Source: Monocercomonoides exilis PA203
Lineage: Eukaryota; Protista; Preaxostyla
DNA: 64,000 bases
Assembly (NCBI GenBank): GCA_001643675.2
Contig: LSRY02000008.1
Span: 992,001 to 1,056,000 of the forward strand
Reading direction: 5' to 3'
Shown: positions 52,990 through 64,000 of the stretch, piece by piece
Layout: each line of letters starts with the position of its first letter
How positions within the stretch are numbered: the stretch's first letter is position 1
The notes under the pieces: model-generated
Seen by the model: only the letters and a program-made list of their open reading frames with translations
Database searches by the model: none
What the model was told of the DNA's origin: nothing
Program-made: the position numbers and the translations under genes

Positions 52990-55900
52990 TTCTGCCACAC
53001 ACACACTCACACTCACTCACTCACTCACTCACTCACTCACTCACTCAACTCTTGATGCGGCTGATCCAAATGAATGCATCCCAGAAGCGATTTGAAATGT
53101 GAATGAAAAAATAAAAAAGAAATGAGTTGGTTATAACAAATATCTGAATTTAATCATTTTCATGTTTCTGAGAGTTTTGGTGCAAAAGCAAAAGAGCAGA
53201 AAATATAAGACTCAACATAATTTCACAGGTTTGCTATTTTTCACAACTTGGCTTTTCATTTTCATTCACAAAAAATTTGTTGAACGAACGTCAAAAGAAA
53301 TAAAAATATGAATAATTAACATTAAATTTTTTTTTGTTTTGAAAAAAATGTTTGAATAACAAAATGCAACACTGCCAAAAATCATGCAATCACTTTATGC
53401 TCATTTTTTCATTTATTTAAAGATGATAAACAGTATTTCAAAATTTTATTCTTTGATGATCAAATATATAATATATATTTCAAATAATAGTTTTTAACGA
53501 TTGACATTTTTTCTGCTTATATTGCAGGACGAGCAGCTAAACCTAAGCACTGAGCGATAAAATGGAATGCGAAAAAGATATGCAAAAATTGAAAAGTGAT
53601 CCATTGAAAAGGGACGAGGATGGAAGAACAGAAGCAATGCGATGGATTGCTGAGAAAATGACAGAACCTCCATCGGGAATACGACATGATATTTCACTTG
53701 CTGATAATGACGGATGGACAATGGCCATGTTGTGGCTTCAATTTGTTCAAACAGAACCACCAGAATGGATGAGACACGATATCACACTTTCAAATGATAA
53801 TGGATGGACAATGGCCATGAATTGGATTCAGTTTGTTCAAACAGAACCGCCAGAATGGATGAGGCACGATATCACACTTAGAACCAAGAAAGAAAATACG
53901 ATGGCCATGTTCTGGGTTCAGTTTGTTCAAACAGAGCCGCCAGAATGGATGAGACACGATATCACACTAACCAATAAAGACGGATGGACAATAGCTATGA
54001 TATGGATTCAAGTCGTCAAGGCAGAACCTCCACAATGGATGAGACATGACGCAACACTAACTCAAAAGGATGGCTGGACTATGGCCATGTTATGGATTGA
54101 AAATGTAAAGACAGAACCCCCAGAATGGATGAGGCACGACATCGCACTCCGCAATAATTATGAGTCAACAATGGCAATGATATGGATTTATAATGTCAAA
54201 ACAGAGCCGCCAGAATGGATGAGGCACGATATCACACTAACCAATAAAGACGGATGGACTATGGCAATGAAGTGGATTCAAGTCGTCAAGAAAGAACCGC
54301 CAGAATGGATGAGACATGACATCACACTTACCAATAAGGATGGATACACAATGGCTATGTTCTGGATTGAATGCGTCAAGGCAGAACCTCCACAATGGAT
54401 GAGACATGACGCAACACTAACTCAGAAGGATGGTTGGACAATGGCCATGTTCTGGATTCAGTTTGTTCAAACAGATCCACCGGAGTGGATGAGGCATGAC
54501 ATCACACTTCGCAACAATAAAGGAGCAACAATGGCAATGATATGGATTTCAAATGTCAAAACAGAACCTCCAGAATGGATGAGACACAGTATCACAGTTT
54601 ATGATAAGAACGGATTAACAATGGCCATGCTTTGGATTCAAGACGTCAAAACAGAACCTCCAGAATGGATGAGGCATGACATCATTCTACGTAACAAAGA
54701 CGGCCCAACGATGGCGATGATGTGGATTCAAGTCGTCAAGAAAGAACCGCCAGAATGGATGAGACATGATATTGCACTTTCCGACGAGGATGGATACACA
54801 ATGTCGATGTTTTGGATTCAGTTTGTTCAAACAGAACCCTCAGAATGGATGAGACATGGCATTACACTTCGCGATAGCGGTGGAGAGACTATGGCCATGT
54901 TGTGGATTCACTTTGTCAAGATGGAGCCGCCAGAATGGATGAGGCACGATATCACACTTAGAACCAAGAAAGAAAATACGATGGCCATGTTCTGGATTCA
55001 GTTTGTTCAAACAGAGCCGCCAGAATGGATGAGACACGATATTACGCTTAGAACTGAGAAAGGAAATACAATGGCTATGTTTTGGATTCAAGAAGTCAAA
55101 ACAGAACCGCCAGAATGGATGAGACACGATATTACGCTTAGAACTGAGAAAGGAAATACAATGGCTATGTTTTGGATTCAAGAAGTCAAAACAGAACCGC
55201 CAGAATGGATGAGGCACGATATCACACTAACCAATAAAGACGGATGGACTATGGCAATGAAGTGGATTCAAGTCGTCAAGAAAGAACCGCCAGAATGGAT
55301 GAGACATGACATCACACTTACCAATAAGGATGGATACACAATGGCCATGTTCTGGATTCAAGACGTCAAAACAGATCCACCGGAGTGGATGAGGCATGAC
55401 ATCACACTTCGCAACAATAAAGGAGCAACAATGGCTATGATATGGATTTCAAATGTCAAAACAGAACCTTCAGAATGGATGAGACACAGTATCACAGTTT
55501 ATGATAAGAACGGATTAACAATGGCCATGCTTTGGATTCAAGACGTCAAAACAGAACCTCCAGAATGGATGAGGCATGACATCATTCTACGTAACAAAGA
55601 CGGCCTAACGATGGCGATGATGTGGATTCAGTTCACTGAAACTGAACCCCCAGAATGGATGAGACATTGTAATTCATTGAAAGATAAGAGAAGATGTACA
55701 ATGGCAGATTATTGGGAATTTTTTGTTGAAACTGAATTACCGGAATGGATGAAATTTGATGATACATTGAAAGACAAAAATGGACAAACGCCGGGAATGA
55801 GGTGGATTATTGAGAACAAGACAGAACCACCAGAGCGAATGCGACACGACTATACGCTTGCCGATAAGTTTGGACGAACAATGGCAATGCTGTGGATTGA

Positions 55901-58900
55901 GAATGTGAAGACAGAACCTCCAGAATGGACGAGACATAATAAGACGCAAAGCGATAAGGATGGGTGGACGATGGCAATGATATGGATTTGGGGTGTGAAG
56001 ACAGAACCACCGAGTTGGATGAGGCATGAAATCACTCTGCAAAACAAGGATGGATGGACGATGGCCATGCATTGGATTGCTCTTGTGAAAACAGAACCAC
56101 CCGAATGGATGAGACACAGCATCACAGTTTATGATAAGGATGGATGGACGATGGCAATGATATGGATTTGGGGTGTGAAGACAGATCCGCCAGAATGGAT
56201 GAGACACGCCATTTCACTTAGCGATAAGGAGGGGAAAACAATGGCTATGCTGTGGATTCAGTTTGTGAAAACAGAACCGCCAGTGTGGATAAGACATAGT
56301 TATTCGTTGAAGGATAAGAAAGGAAATACGATGGCAGATTACTGGAAAAGCGATGTCCAGGGTGCACTACCGGAATGGATGACGATTGATAAAACCGCAT
56401 GAGTGTTTGTCATATTTGCATTGAATTCATCATTTAAGATGCTTTCAATGAATCAGCTGATTAACTGGTTTCTCAATAAAGGCTCTTCAACGGCCTATCG
56501 AAATGCATGGTTATTCTTTCTTTCTTTCTTTTGAAGTGACTTTCTAACTTTCTGCAAACACTCGGATATTCTTCAAATAAGAATCATTTTGATAACCTTT
56601 CTATTCATCTTCAATAATTTTTTTTTCATTTTGTATGAAATTTAAGCGATTCATTTCATTTCAACACTTTTATTTTTTTAATTTTTTTTTTTTTTTTGTC
56701 TGAAAATTTACCAGTCTCATTTTTATTTGATTTTGCAAATAATGAAAGAAAATCTCAATTCAAATCACTTGTTTTCTTTTTATTTTTCTTTTTATTTTTT
56801 CTTTTTTTCAATTTACCAATGCGACTGAAAATTCACTTGGGCATTTTGAAAATGAAATGAGCATTTCTGTGATTTGGAGTTGAGAGAACTGTTGTTTTTG
56901 GTTGTTGTGCTTTGACGATTTTGTTGCAGCCATTTTGATCGGATTCAACAGTTGCAATTCAGTTAATAATTGGCTCATATTTGTTCATTTTTGGGAATTG
57001 AAAGTGTTTCGTTGCTGTCTTGAAAAAAACACAGAATATTCACAAAGGCAACACCTGTTTTGACATTCAGATGTTTCATTTGAAATCACACGAAGTGACG
57101 ATTTTGAGAAAGACATTACAAATATCTGTTTGTGTCACATTAATGATTTATTAAAAAAAAGCTTCGAAGAAATATTCATTTTTATATCTCATTAACAAAT
57201 CACGTTACACAACAAAATGTGTGAAAAAAATAAAATTGATTATTAAAAAAGGAAATCATTTTGTGAAATAGACTCCATTGGCGTTGTTGAAAACTCATTT
57301 ATTGAAGTGTGAGAAATTCTCTTCAAACACATCTGAATGACAAAAATCGGAGTTCCGATTGAATACTGTCTCTTTCGAATTGTGGAAGAAGGCAAACAGA
57401 TGAAGAGAAGAAAACCTCGAGGAGAGAGCGTGAATAATTCCATGAAGAAGACTCATGAACTGTTTGAGAAGGTCATTATGGAAATACCATTTAAGAAAGG
57501 AGAAAAATAAATGGATCGTACACAATCTTCTGAACATCTTTTCTGCTGAAGAAGGTTCAGCTAAATGCATTCAAGGCAAGAGGTTCAGACATGATTCTTT
57601 CAATCTGAATGGGAAGATATAAAAATTTGAATGAAAAATCTGTCTCAAATTCAGTTATTATTGTTTGGAAAAGATAAGAAAGCAAAGAAGAACGCTTGTA
57701 TTTTGTCTCTTTTAATTGCGAAGAAGCATGAATGAGAGCGTCAAATGTCTTCAGTTCAATCGAGAAAGAAACAGGATCAAAAACACATCAATGTCTTTGT
57801 GCATTTGTTTTTATACTAATATTTTTCATTTGCACAACTCCAAAAAATCATAAATCAACATTGAAGTTCTTTTTTCATAACCCTTTTTCATATCTTTGGC
57901 ATGCATTATTAAACAAAAAGTTTGAAGGAAATAAACGTTATAAAAAAATCAACAAATAAGAACAAAGCCAATAACCAGTCCAAAACTTTAAATAGAAATC
58001 ACAAAAGATGCCAACATCAAACAGAATGTTTCACAAGAACTGTTAAGGACGGATAAACACAGGCGAAGAAAGCGGAGCAAGCCCTGAAGGAGTTTTGTGC
58101 TTCAGATAGAGTGAAGAGTCGAAGCTGAAAGGCGGCTGGAGCTCAGAAACACGAGGCGTTGGAAGGGAAGATGGAGGCAGCTGTGTGGCTGTGGAAGAGT
58201 TGCTGGCAAATTGGCTGCTGAAGCCCTGCGATTGAGCTGAAGTGGCTGGAGAATGAGAAGGAAGAGAAGAAGAAAAAAAGAAAGTGTTTGAGGACGAGCT
58301 TTCAATTGGATAGGATGTAGATGAAATTGATGTTGTTTGTGAAAGAGAACTGGATTTTGAGGAAGGAAAACGTGAGTTGGGTGAAATGAGTGATGGAGAA
58401 TGAGAAGAAGAAGAAGAAGAAGATGATGATAATGATGAAGGAGAAGTGAATGAAGAATTTCGTGCATTCATGTTGCTTGGCGAAGAGTAATGATAACGCA
58501 ATGAGCCAACAGATGATGATGATGATGATGAATAAGAATGACTTGTATTTTCACTTGTCTCATGCGAAGACTCCGAAGGAGTCGAGCGAAATGCATCCAG
58601 CGTCTGGTAAATTGGCACGTTTTGAGAGAAAATGGAAGAAGAAGTTGTTTCAATCAGCTCAAAAAGCGTAGGATCTGGTTGCTTCCAATTCGCCCCCAAC
58701 ATTCCCATCGGCTTCTCTGCCACTTGCCAATTACCATTGAACGCACTTTTTGTTGCATAACTGTCATATCCATCTTCTTTTTCACCTTCTTCTCCTTTTC
58801 CTCCTTCTTCCTCTTCTTCATTATCCTTCTTTTCACACTGCCCCAGCAGCACCCACAGCAGGTCCATTGCCTCGCACACCACACTCCGATACCTCCCTCT

Positions 58901-59610
58901 CTTCAGAATCTGCGCCACTGCCTCCACACACCCAGCCTCCACAATCACCCCCGCAGCCTCCTTCCCCAGCAGCCCCACGTTCCTCAGTGCCCTCAGCGCG
59001 TGGCACTGGGCGCTGTGTGCGTCTGCCTGGGCGATGTGGCAGAGGGCGAAGACACACCTCGGCCGAAGGAGGGTGCATGCCTGGGAGGAGGTGCCGGCGC
59101 CAATGTTGCAGGCGAGGAGCGCGGCCTCGTGGTGTAGACAGGACGAGGAGGAGGACAAGTGCGAGGCGAAGACGGCGAAGAAAGAGGGCTGCAGCAGAAG
59201 ACGCTGGATGTCTTCGTCGCTGCCACACGAGAAGTTCACAAAGAAGCGGAATGCCATCACTCGCAGAACAGACACAGAATCACTTTGAATGAAGGGGATG
59301 ATCATTTCATTCGAAATATCATTCAGATTATTGTTATTCATATTCATAGGATATGTCGATGAAAGTTCAAAAATAAATATAAAATAAATAAATAGAACAA
59401 ATAAAGAGAGAAAGAGAAACAAAACAAAAGGATAAGACAAACCTCATCAATTCCACAACCAGCCCAAGGAGCACAGGATCGATGAAGAACTTGTTATTGT
59501 TCGGGTTCTCGTTGATGTTGGCGAGTATTTGCAGACAGCACTCGATGACCGCCTTTTCTGTGGGCAGCTCATCGTTCTTCATTCCTTCATTCTCCATCTT
59601 CTGCTCTCTT
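52990..59610. repeat. Right arm of the inverted segmental duplication
   Basis: Reverse complement of about 15531-23205. It is shorter mainly because the repeat gene has 12 fewer 90-bp units. Confidence 0.95.
53562..56402 (+). CDS. Intronless Trp/Met-rich 30-aa tandem-repeat protein (about 31 units), copy 2
   Basis: 946-aa ORF with the same N-cap (MECEKDMQKLKSDPLKRDE) and C-terminus (GALPEWMTIDKTA) as copy 1, but a different internal repeat order. Confidence 0.9.
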   Translation: MECEKDMQKLKSDPLKRDEDGRTEAMRWIAEKMTEPPSGIRHDISLADNDGWTMAMLWLQFVQTEPPEWMRHDITLSNDNGWTMAMNWIQFVQTEPPEWMRHDITLRTKKENTMAMFWVQFVQTEPPEWMRHDITLTNKDGWTIAMIWIQVVKAEPPQWMRHDATLTQKDGWTMAMLWIENVKTEPPEWMRHDIALRNNYESTMAMIWIYNVKTEPPEWMRHDITLTNKDGWTMAMKWIQVVKKEPPEWMRHDITLTNKDGYTMAMFWIECVKAEPPQWMRHDATLTQKDGWTMAMFWIQFVQTDPPEWMRHDITLRNNKGATMAMIWISNVKTEPPEWMRHSITVYDKNGLTMAMLWIQDVKTEPPEWMRHDIILRNKDGPTMAMMWIQVVKKEPPEWMRHDIALSDEDGYTMSMFWIQFVQTEPSEWMRHGITLRDSGGETMAMLWIHFVKMEPPEWMRHDITLRTKKENTMAMFWIQFVQTEPPEWMRHDITLRTEKGNTMAMFWIQEVKTEPPEWMRHDITLRTEKGNTMAMFWIQEVKTEPPEWMRHDITLTNKDGWTMAMKWIQVVKKEPPEWMRHDITLTNKDGYTMAMFWIQDVKTDPPEWMRHDITLRNNKGATMAMIWISNVKTEPSEWMRHSITVYDKNGLTMAMLWIQDVKTEPPEWMRHDIILRNKDGLTMAMMWIQFTETEPPEWMRHCNSLKDKRRCTMADYWEFFVETELPEWMKFDDTLKDKNGQTPGMRWIIENKTEPPERMRHDYTLADKFGRTMAMLWIENVKTEPPEWTRHNKTQSDKDGWTMAMIWIWGVKTEPPSWMRHEITLQNKDGWTMAMHWIALVKTEPPEWMRHSITVYDKDGWTMAMIWIWGVKTDPPEWMRHAISLSDKEGKTMAMLWIQFVKTEPPVWIRHSYSLKDKKGNTMADYWKSDVQGALPEWMTIDKTA

Positions 59611-60572
59611 CTTCTTCTTCTTCTTTCTCTTTCTCTTCTCTTCTCTTCTTTCGTTCTTCTTCTTCCTCTTCTTCCTCTTCCTCATCATCTTCTTCCTCTC
59701 CTCCTTCTTCCTCTTCTATATTCATCCTCCCTTTCATCTCATCCTCTCTTCTTTCTCCTGCTTTTCCTGTTTTTTCTTCATTCTGCCCAAAATTCATTCC
59801 ATTTTCATTTTCATGTTCATTTTCGCTTTCATTTTCAAACACATTTTCGTCTATCGGCCCAAAAAGTGGACTTTCTCCTCTTTTTGTGTTGTTTTCTTTG
59901 CTTTCTTTGCTTTCTTTGCTTTCTTCACCAACTTCTTCCATTCCATTTTCTTTTCCTTCTTTTCCTTCTTTTCCTTCTTTTCCTTCTTTTCCTTCTTCTT
60001 CTCTTTTTCCTTCATGCTTTCTCAAATTGCCATCTTCAGCTTCATTTTCTTCTTCTGTTCGAACACCAAACAGCCCTCCTTCCACATTAATTCCTCTTCT
60101 TTCTTCTTCCAATTTCTTCTTCCCTTTCTTCTTCTCTCCTTCCTCCTCCTCTTTCTCTTTTTCTCCTTCTCTTCCTTCTCTTCCCTCTCTTCCTCCCTCT
60201 TTCCCTCTTCTCCTCAGCATCCCCTTTGCCGCTCTCCTCATCCGCATTTCCCTCAGCACTTCCTTCACAAACATGGCGGCGTCGAAGAAGAGCTGGTCAG
60301 ACTGAGAGGAAAGCGTCAGCGCTGCCAGAAGCTGAAGGAGATGGGAGGTGGTGGCAGTGACTGGGAATGGCGAGGAGAAGGGCTGGGTGGAGAGATGGGT
60401 GGTGGAGAAGGAGGAAGAGGAGGAAGAGGAGGAAGAGGAGGAAGAGGAGGAAGAGGAGGAAGAGGAGGAAGAGGAGGAAGAGGAGGAAGAGGAGGAAGAG
60501 GAAGAAGAGGGAGAAGAGGGAGAAGAGGGAGAAGAAGATATTATAACAAGCATTCGCAATAGGTTGAACTTT
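58043..60572 (-). CDS. Importin-alpha-like ARM-repeat protein, longer copy (possible frameshift)
   Basis: Same ARM and Ser-rich exon as 15543-17106, plus an upstream poly-Ser/acidic segment (59579-60559) in a different frame across a GAA-rich tract. An acceptor near 60573 implies further upstream exons. Confidence 0.55.
60411..60537. repeat. (GAGGAAGAG)n 9-bp minisatellite encoding poly-Ser on the minus strand
   Basis: Tandem 9-bp units. The same unit occurs at about 27558-27630 and, as the complement, at about 8876-8955. Confidence 0.85.
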
Positions 60573-61479
60573 CTAAACAGAAAATATTATTATTTAATGA
60601 AATTATCAATGGATATTAGAGATTATTTTGTGAAAATCTGATAGAGAGAAATGTTTAATATTTTGTAATTCAAAAATGTTTTTTTTTTTTAATTGGTTGA
60701 TGATTCTTCAAAACTTTGGAATTATTTTATTATTTTCACAAAAATGATTCACAATATTATCTGTTTTTGATCATTCTGTAAATGTTTGAGTGAATGAGAT
60801 GATATTTATTCTGTAAATCAAAAATTTTATTTATTTTTTCTTTTAGCGTCATATCACAATTCGACATATCTTAAGTAAGTGTCATATCTTTATTTTTATC
60901 ATTTCACAAAGAAATTAAATATAATCTGATTGTTTGCGTTTTGAATACATGATGTTGAACGTTTTAAGAATGCTTTATCAGAAAGATGGAATTGGAGTTG
61001 GCATAATGATACTTAATGGTATTCACTGAAATCGAAAAAAAACTACATAACATGTTGACAACTATTATATTATTGATTTTTATGCTAATGATTTTGCGCG
61101 GAAATGTTTTCTCATGAAATCGAAATAATGAGAAAATTCTTTTTTTTCAAATAATTAATGGGACATTAGATGGAATTGGAATAAGAAAATTTTATTGAAA
61201 TAAAAATAATAATTCGAATAACCAAAGTTTATTCCAGATAACACCAGTTTATTCGAATAAAAAAAAAATAATTCCAGAAAGACCAAGTTTATTCCAATTA
61301 ATCCCTCAACAAAATTTTAATGATCCTTTTTGTCGATTCGAATGTGCTGAAAAATCAGAACATTTTTTGACAAATAAATAATATTTATTCATCGAAATGC
61401 AATTCAGAAAATTTATTATCTAACAGTTATGGTCTCAAACAATCAAAAGAAATACCGAGAATTTGCGCCAAAGGATTGG

Positions 61480-63450
61480 AGATAGAATGGAATGACAATA
61501 AATTCTGCAAAACCTTTAACAATATATTTATCAAAAAATGAATAGAACTGGTGATATGCAATATTTGAAGGGTTTCACACAATGAAAGAAGAAGCTTTAA
61601 TGATGCGAGGAAAGAAAGAATAATCAATTAAACTTAACGAATAATCAATTTACAGAATTGCATAAAATTCAAAGTTCATAGCGATTCACAGAGAAAAGTC
61701 TTCTTCAAGGAAAATTTCAGATAACACAATTTATGTTGGAACAGAAAACGGAAAAGAGGAAAGAACGCATGTGCGAGTGCATAATCGCTTCGTATACGCT
61801 CATGTTCAGGTGATAGGCAGGCGCAATTTTAGGCATACCAATCTACTATTCTAATTTTCAATCGTTATTGTTTTTTCAACTTCTTCCACGATTGCAGGAG
61901 CAATACTTTCACTCCATATGGCAACGATGTGCATTTTTAAAATTATTTCTATCTCTCTTCATTAAATAACCCGTTTTATGAGTCATATTCAACGAATAGT
62001 TATGAGAAGAGAGTGTGCTTTTATAATAATAGTTATCGGCACATAGAAAAGAAGGATTGGCTGAAGGACGGGATGAAAAATTGGTTTTTCTGGGGTGTGT
62101 GGAAACGATTCGAGCTATCTGTGAAGGATGACCGAAACAGATACATTTAAGATAGCGGATCAAGTGGGGATCGATTATAATGCAACAAAAAACCCATCAC
62201 TACAAGCATTTGCGGAGAAACTCTGGAAGCAGCATTAAGCACACAGGAGAAGAGAACAGCTTACGTACCATCTTCACAGCCTCGTTTTTATTTCTTGACC
62301 ATTTCATTGTATGGATAGGACAAGACAAACACTTCTCTTTGGGAAAAGTGAAAGATGTTATTGTTGCCTCTCCTCAGAAATTTCTGACACCTCTAACTTT
62401 TGACACATCTTCTTGTTCCTCCTTCTTTTCTTCATTGTTTTCTTCTTTTTCTTCTTATTCTCCTCCTATTTCATTATTCTCTTCTTCATCATCATCGTTA
62501 TCAATGCATACTGCAGCTTCGCTGAATGTGCATTTGGATTTCCTTCTTCTTCCACGTCAGAACATCCCACCCTGCTTTAGATCATTGTTCGGCTTCCGCG
62601 CTCCGGCTGTGCTGAACGGAGTGAATGAGGTGAATGGGCATCGAATGAGAAATGGCGGTGGAAGAGGGAAGGAGCTTCAAGGTACATTGCGTTCATCTGC
62701 TCGCTTTATGACACCTCCAAGAAGCGAAGAGAGAGGAGTTCAAATTCAAATGGAAGAGGCAAAGAAGGCGGATTTCAGAAGCAAATTGAGCTTTGAGCAG
62801 AGGATAGGGAGATAGCAGGAAGAGCCAAAGACGAAGAAGAGGACGAAAGAGAAAGACGAGTTTTGCACATTTCAAGTTGACGCTTTCGCCCAAGGCTTGC
62901 ACAGGCACAACGGAAAGAAGGCGGAGAGAAGAGTGGAGGGGATGATGATGATGAATAGCAGCGGACATTTTTTCTCGTTCTGCAGCACACTCTTATCTGC
63001 TCGGCTGTATACTCAAAACATCACAGATTCCTCAACATTTGCCATCACTCCTTTTTCTCCCTTTTTGCACACACAATTGTCTGCACCTTCTGTTCTTGTT
63101 GGTACTCCACAGAAGCTCCTCACTCCTTCATCTCCAGCTTCCTACTCCTCTTCACTCACACAGAAATCCCTCTTCAAATCTTACACAAGCTCCGCCTATT
63201 TATCGAACATATCTTCATTTTCCTCTCTTTCATTTTCCGCCGCAAAGCATTCATTCATTGGGTTCTATCGTTCTCGAAATGCTGCAGTAACAAAATTGCA
63301 AGGAATCTTATAAAGCCAGTGAGATAGCAGATAGCGGATGATGATGAGAAGTCATTCCCTTGGTGCAAATGGAATGACTCAAAAATAACTGGAACATCAT
63401 TATCTGCAACTGATAGAGTTTCAAGTGGAGGTGCGAATAACATGTATAAT
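61480..63450 (+). pseudogene. Decayed beta-helix surface-protein family remnant fused to low-complexity sequence
   Basis: Fragments FFHDCRSNTFTPYGNDVHF and HIEKKDWLKDGMKN, with many stops and frameshifts. Confidence 0.35.
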
Positions 63451-64000
63451 CAGGTATCTGTAACAATTTCATTTATATATTTTTCCTTTTGCAATTCGAT
63501 ATTGTTTTTGGTTTCTTTTTAACCTGTTTGATCATAAATGTGAAATGTTGATGGAAAAATAACAAAAAAGAATTAACAAACGTTGTGAAATGATCAATTA
63601 TATTTTGTTACTAACTACAAGTCTATTTTGATTGCATTTATTATTTGTGAATTGAAGAATATAATATGTCATCGTTCATTTTTTAAATACAAAACAGAAT
63701 TTATTGATCGCAATACATGTTAAACAAATCTCATCAATTAAAATGTTTTTAAATATCAATGGATAATTATAATTGATTTTTTAGTGCTGTTTAAGAAAAT
63801 GATTCAAGTGAATTTTTTTGTATACCACAATACATTTTTTTCAAAAAAAGTTATTCCGAAAAGCTAGAGTTTATTCCAATTAATTTTTTTTATTCCAATA
63901 AAAATAATTTATTCCGAATAAACTTTGATTATTTGAATAAGTTATTTTAATTCGAATAAAACCTTTCTATTCTCATTGTATCTATTATCAAAAAATCAAA

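Overview
AT-rich eukaryotic genomic DNA with short spliceosomal introns and the standard genetic code. Gene style and multigene families most resemble the oxymonad Monocercomonoides, which is an inference from recall, not a database result. The left ~15 kb holds a pogo/Tigger-like transposase relic, a PIF/Harbinger-type transposon with a Merlin-like MITE nested inside it, and intact-looking host genes: a Rab GTPase, a UBL-UBA-UBA (Rad23-like layout) protein, an unknown protein and phosphomannomutase. The rest is an accessory region bracketed by a ~7-kb inverted segmental duplication (about 15531-23205 vs 52990-59610). Each arm carries an importin-alpha-like ARM gene and an intronless gene built from a Trp/Met-rich 30-aa (90-bp) tandem repeat (about 43 vs about 31 units). 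The repeat has a fixed scaffold, a few hypervariable positions, internal cap modules and repeat blocks shuffled between the two copies; this is the best candidate for an undescribed diversifying binding system. Between the arms are several copies of a lineage-specific helical protein family, a foldback element with ~300-bp inverted arms, a Sola-like transposase, a second pogo-like element, possible KDZ transposase relics and decayed surface-protein pseudogenes. No rRNA, tRNA or CRISPR array was recognised.
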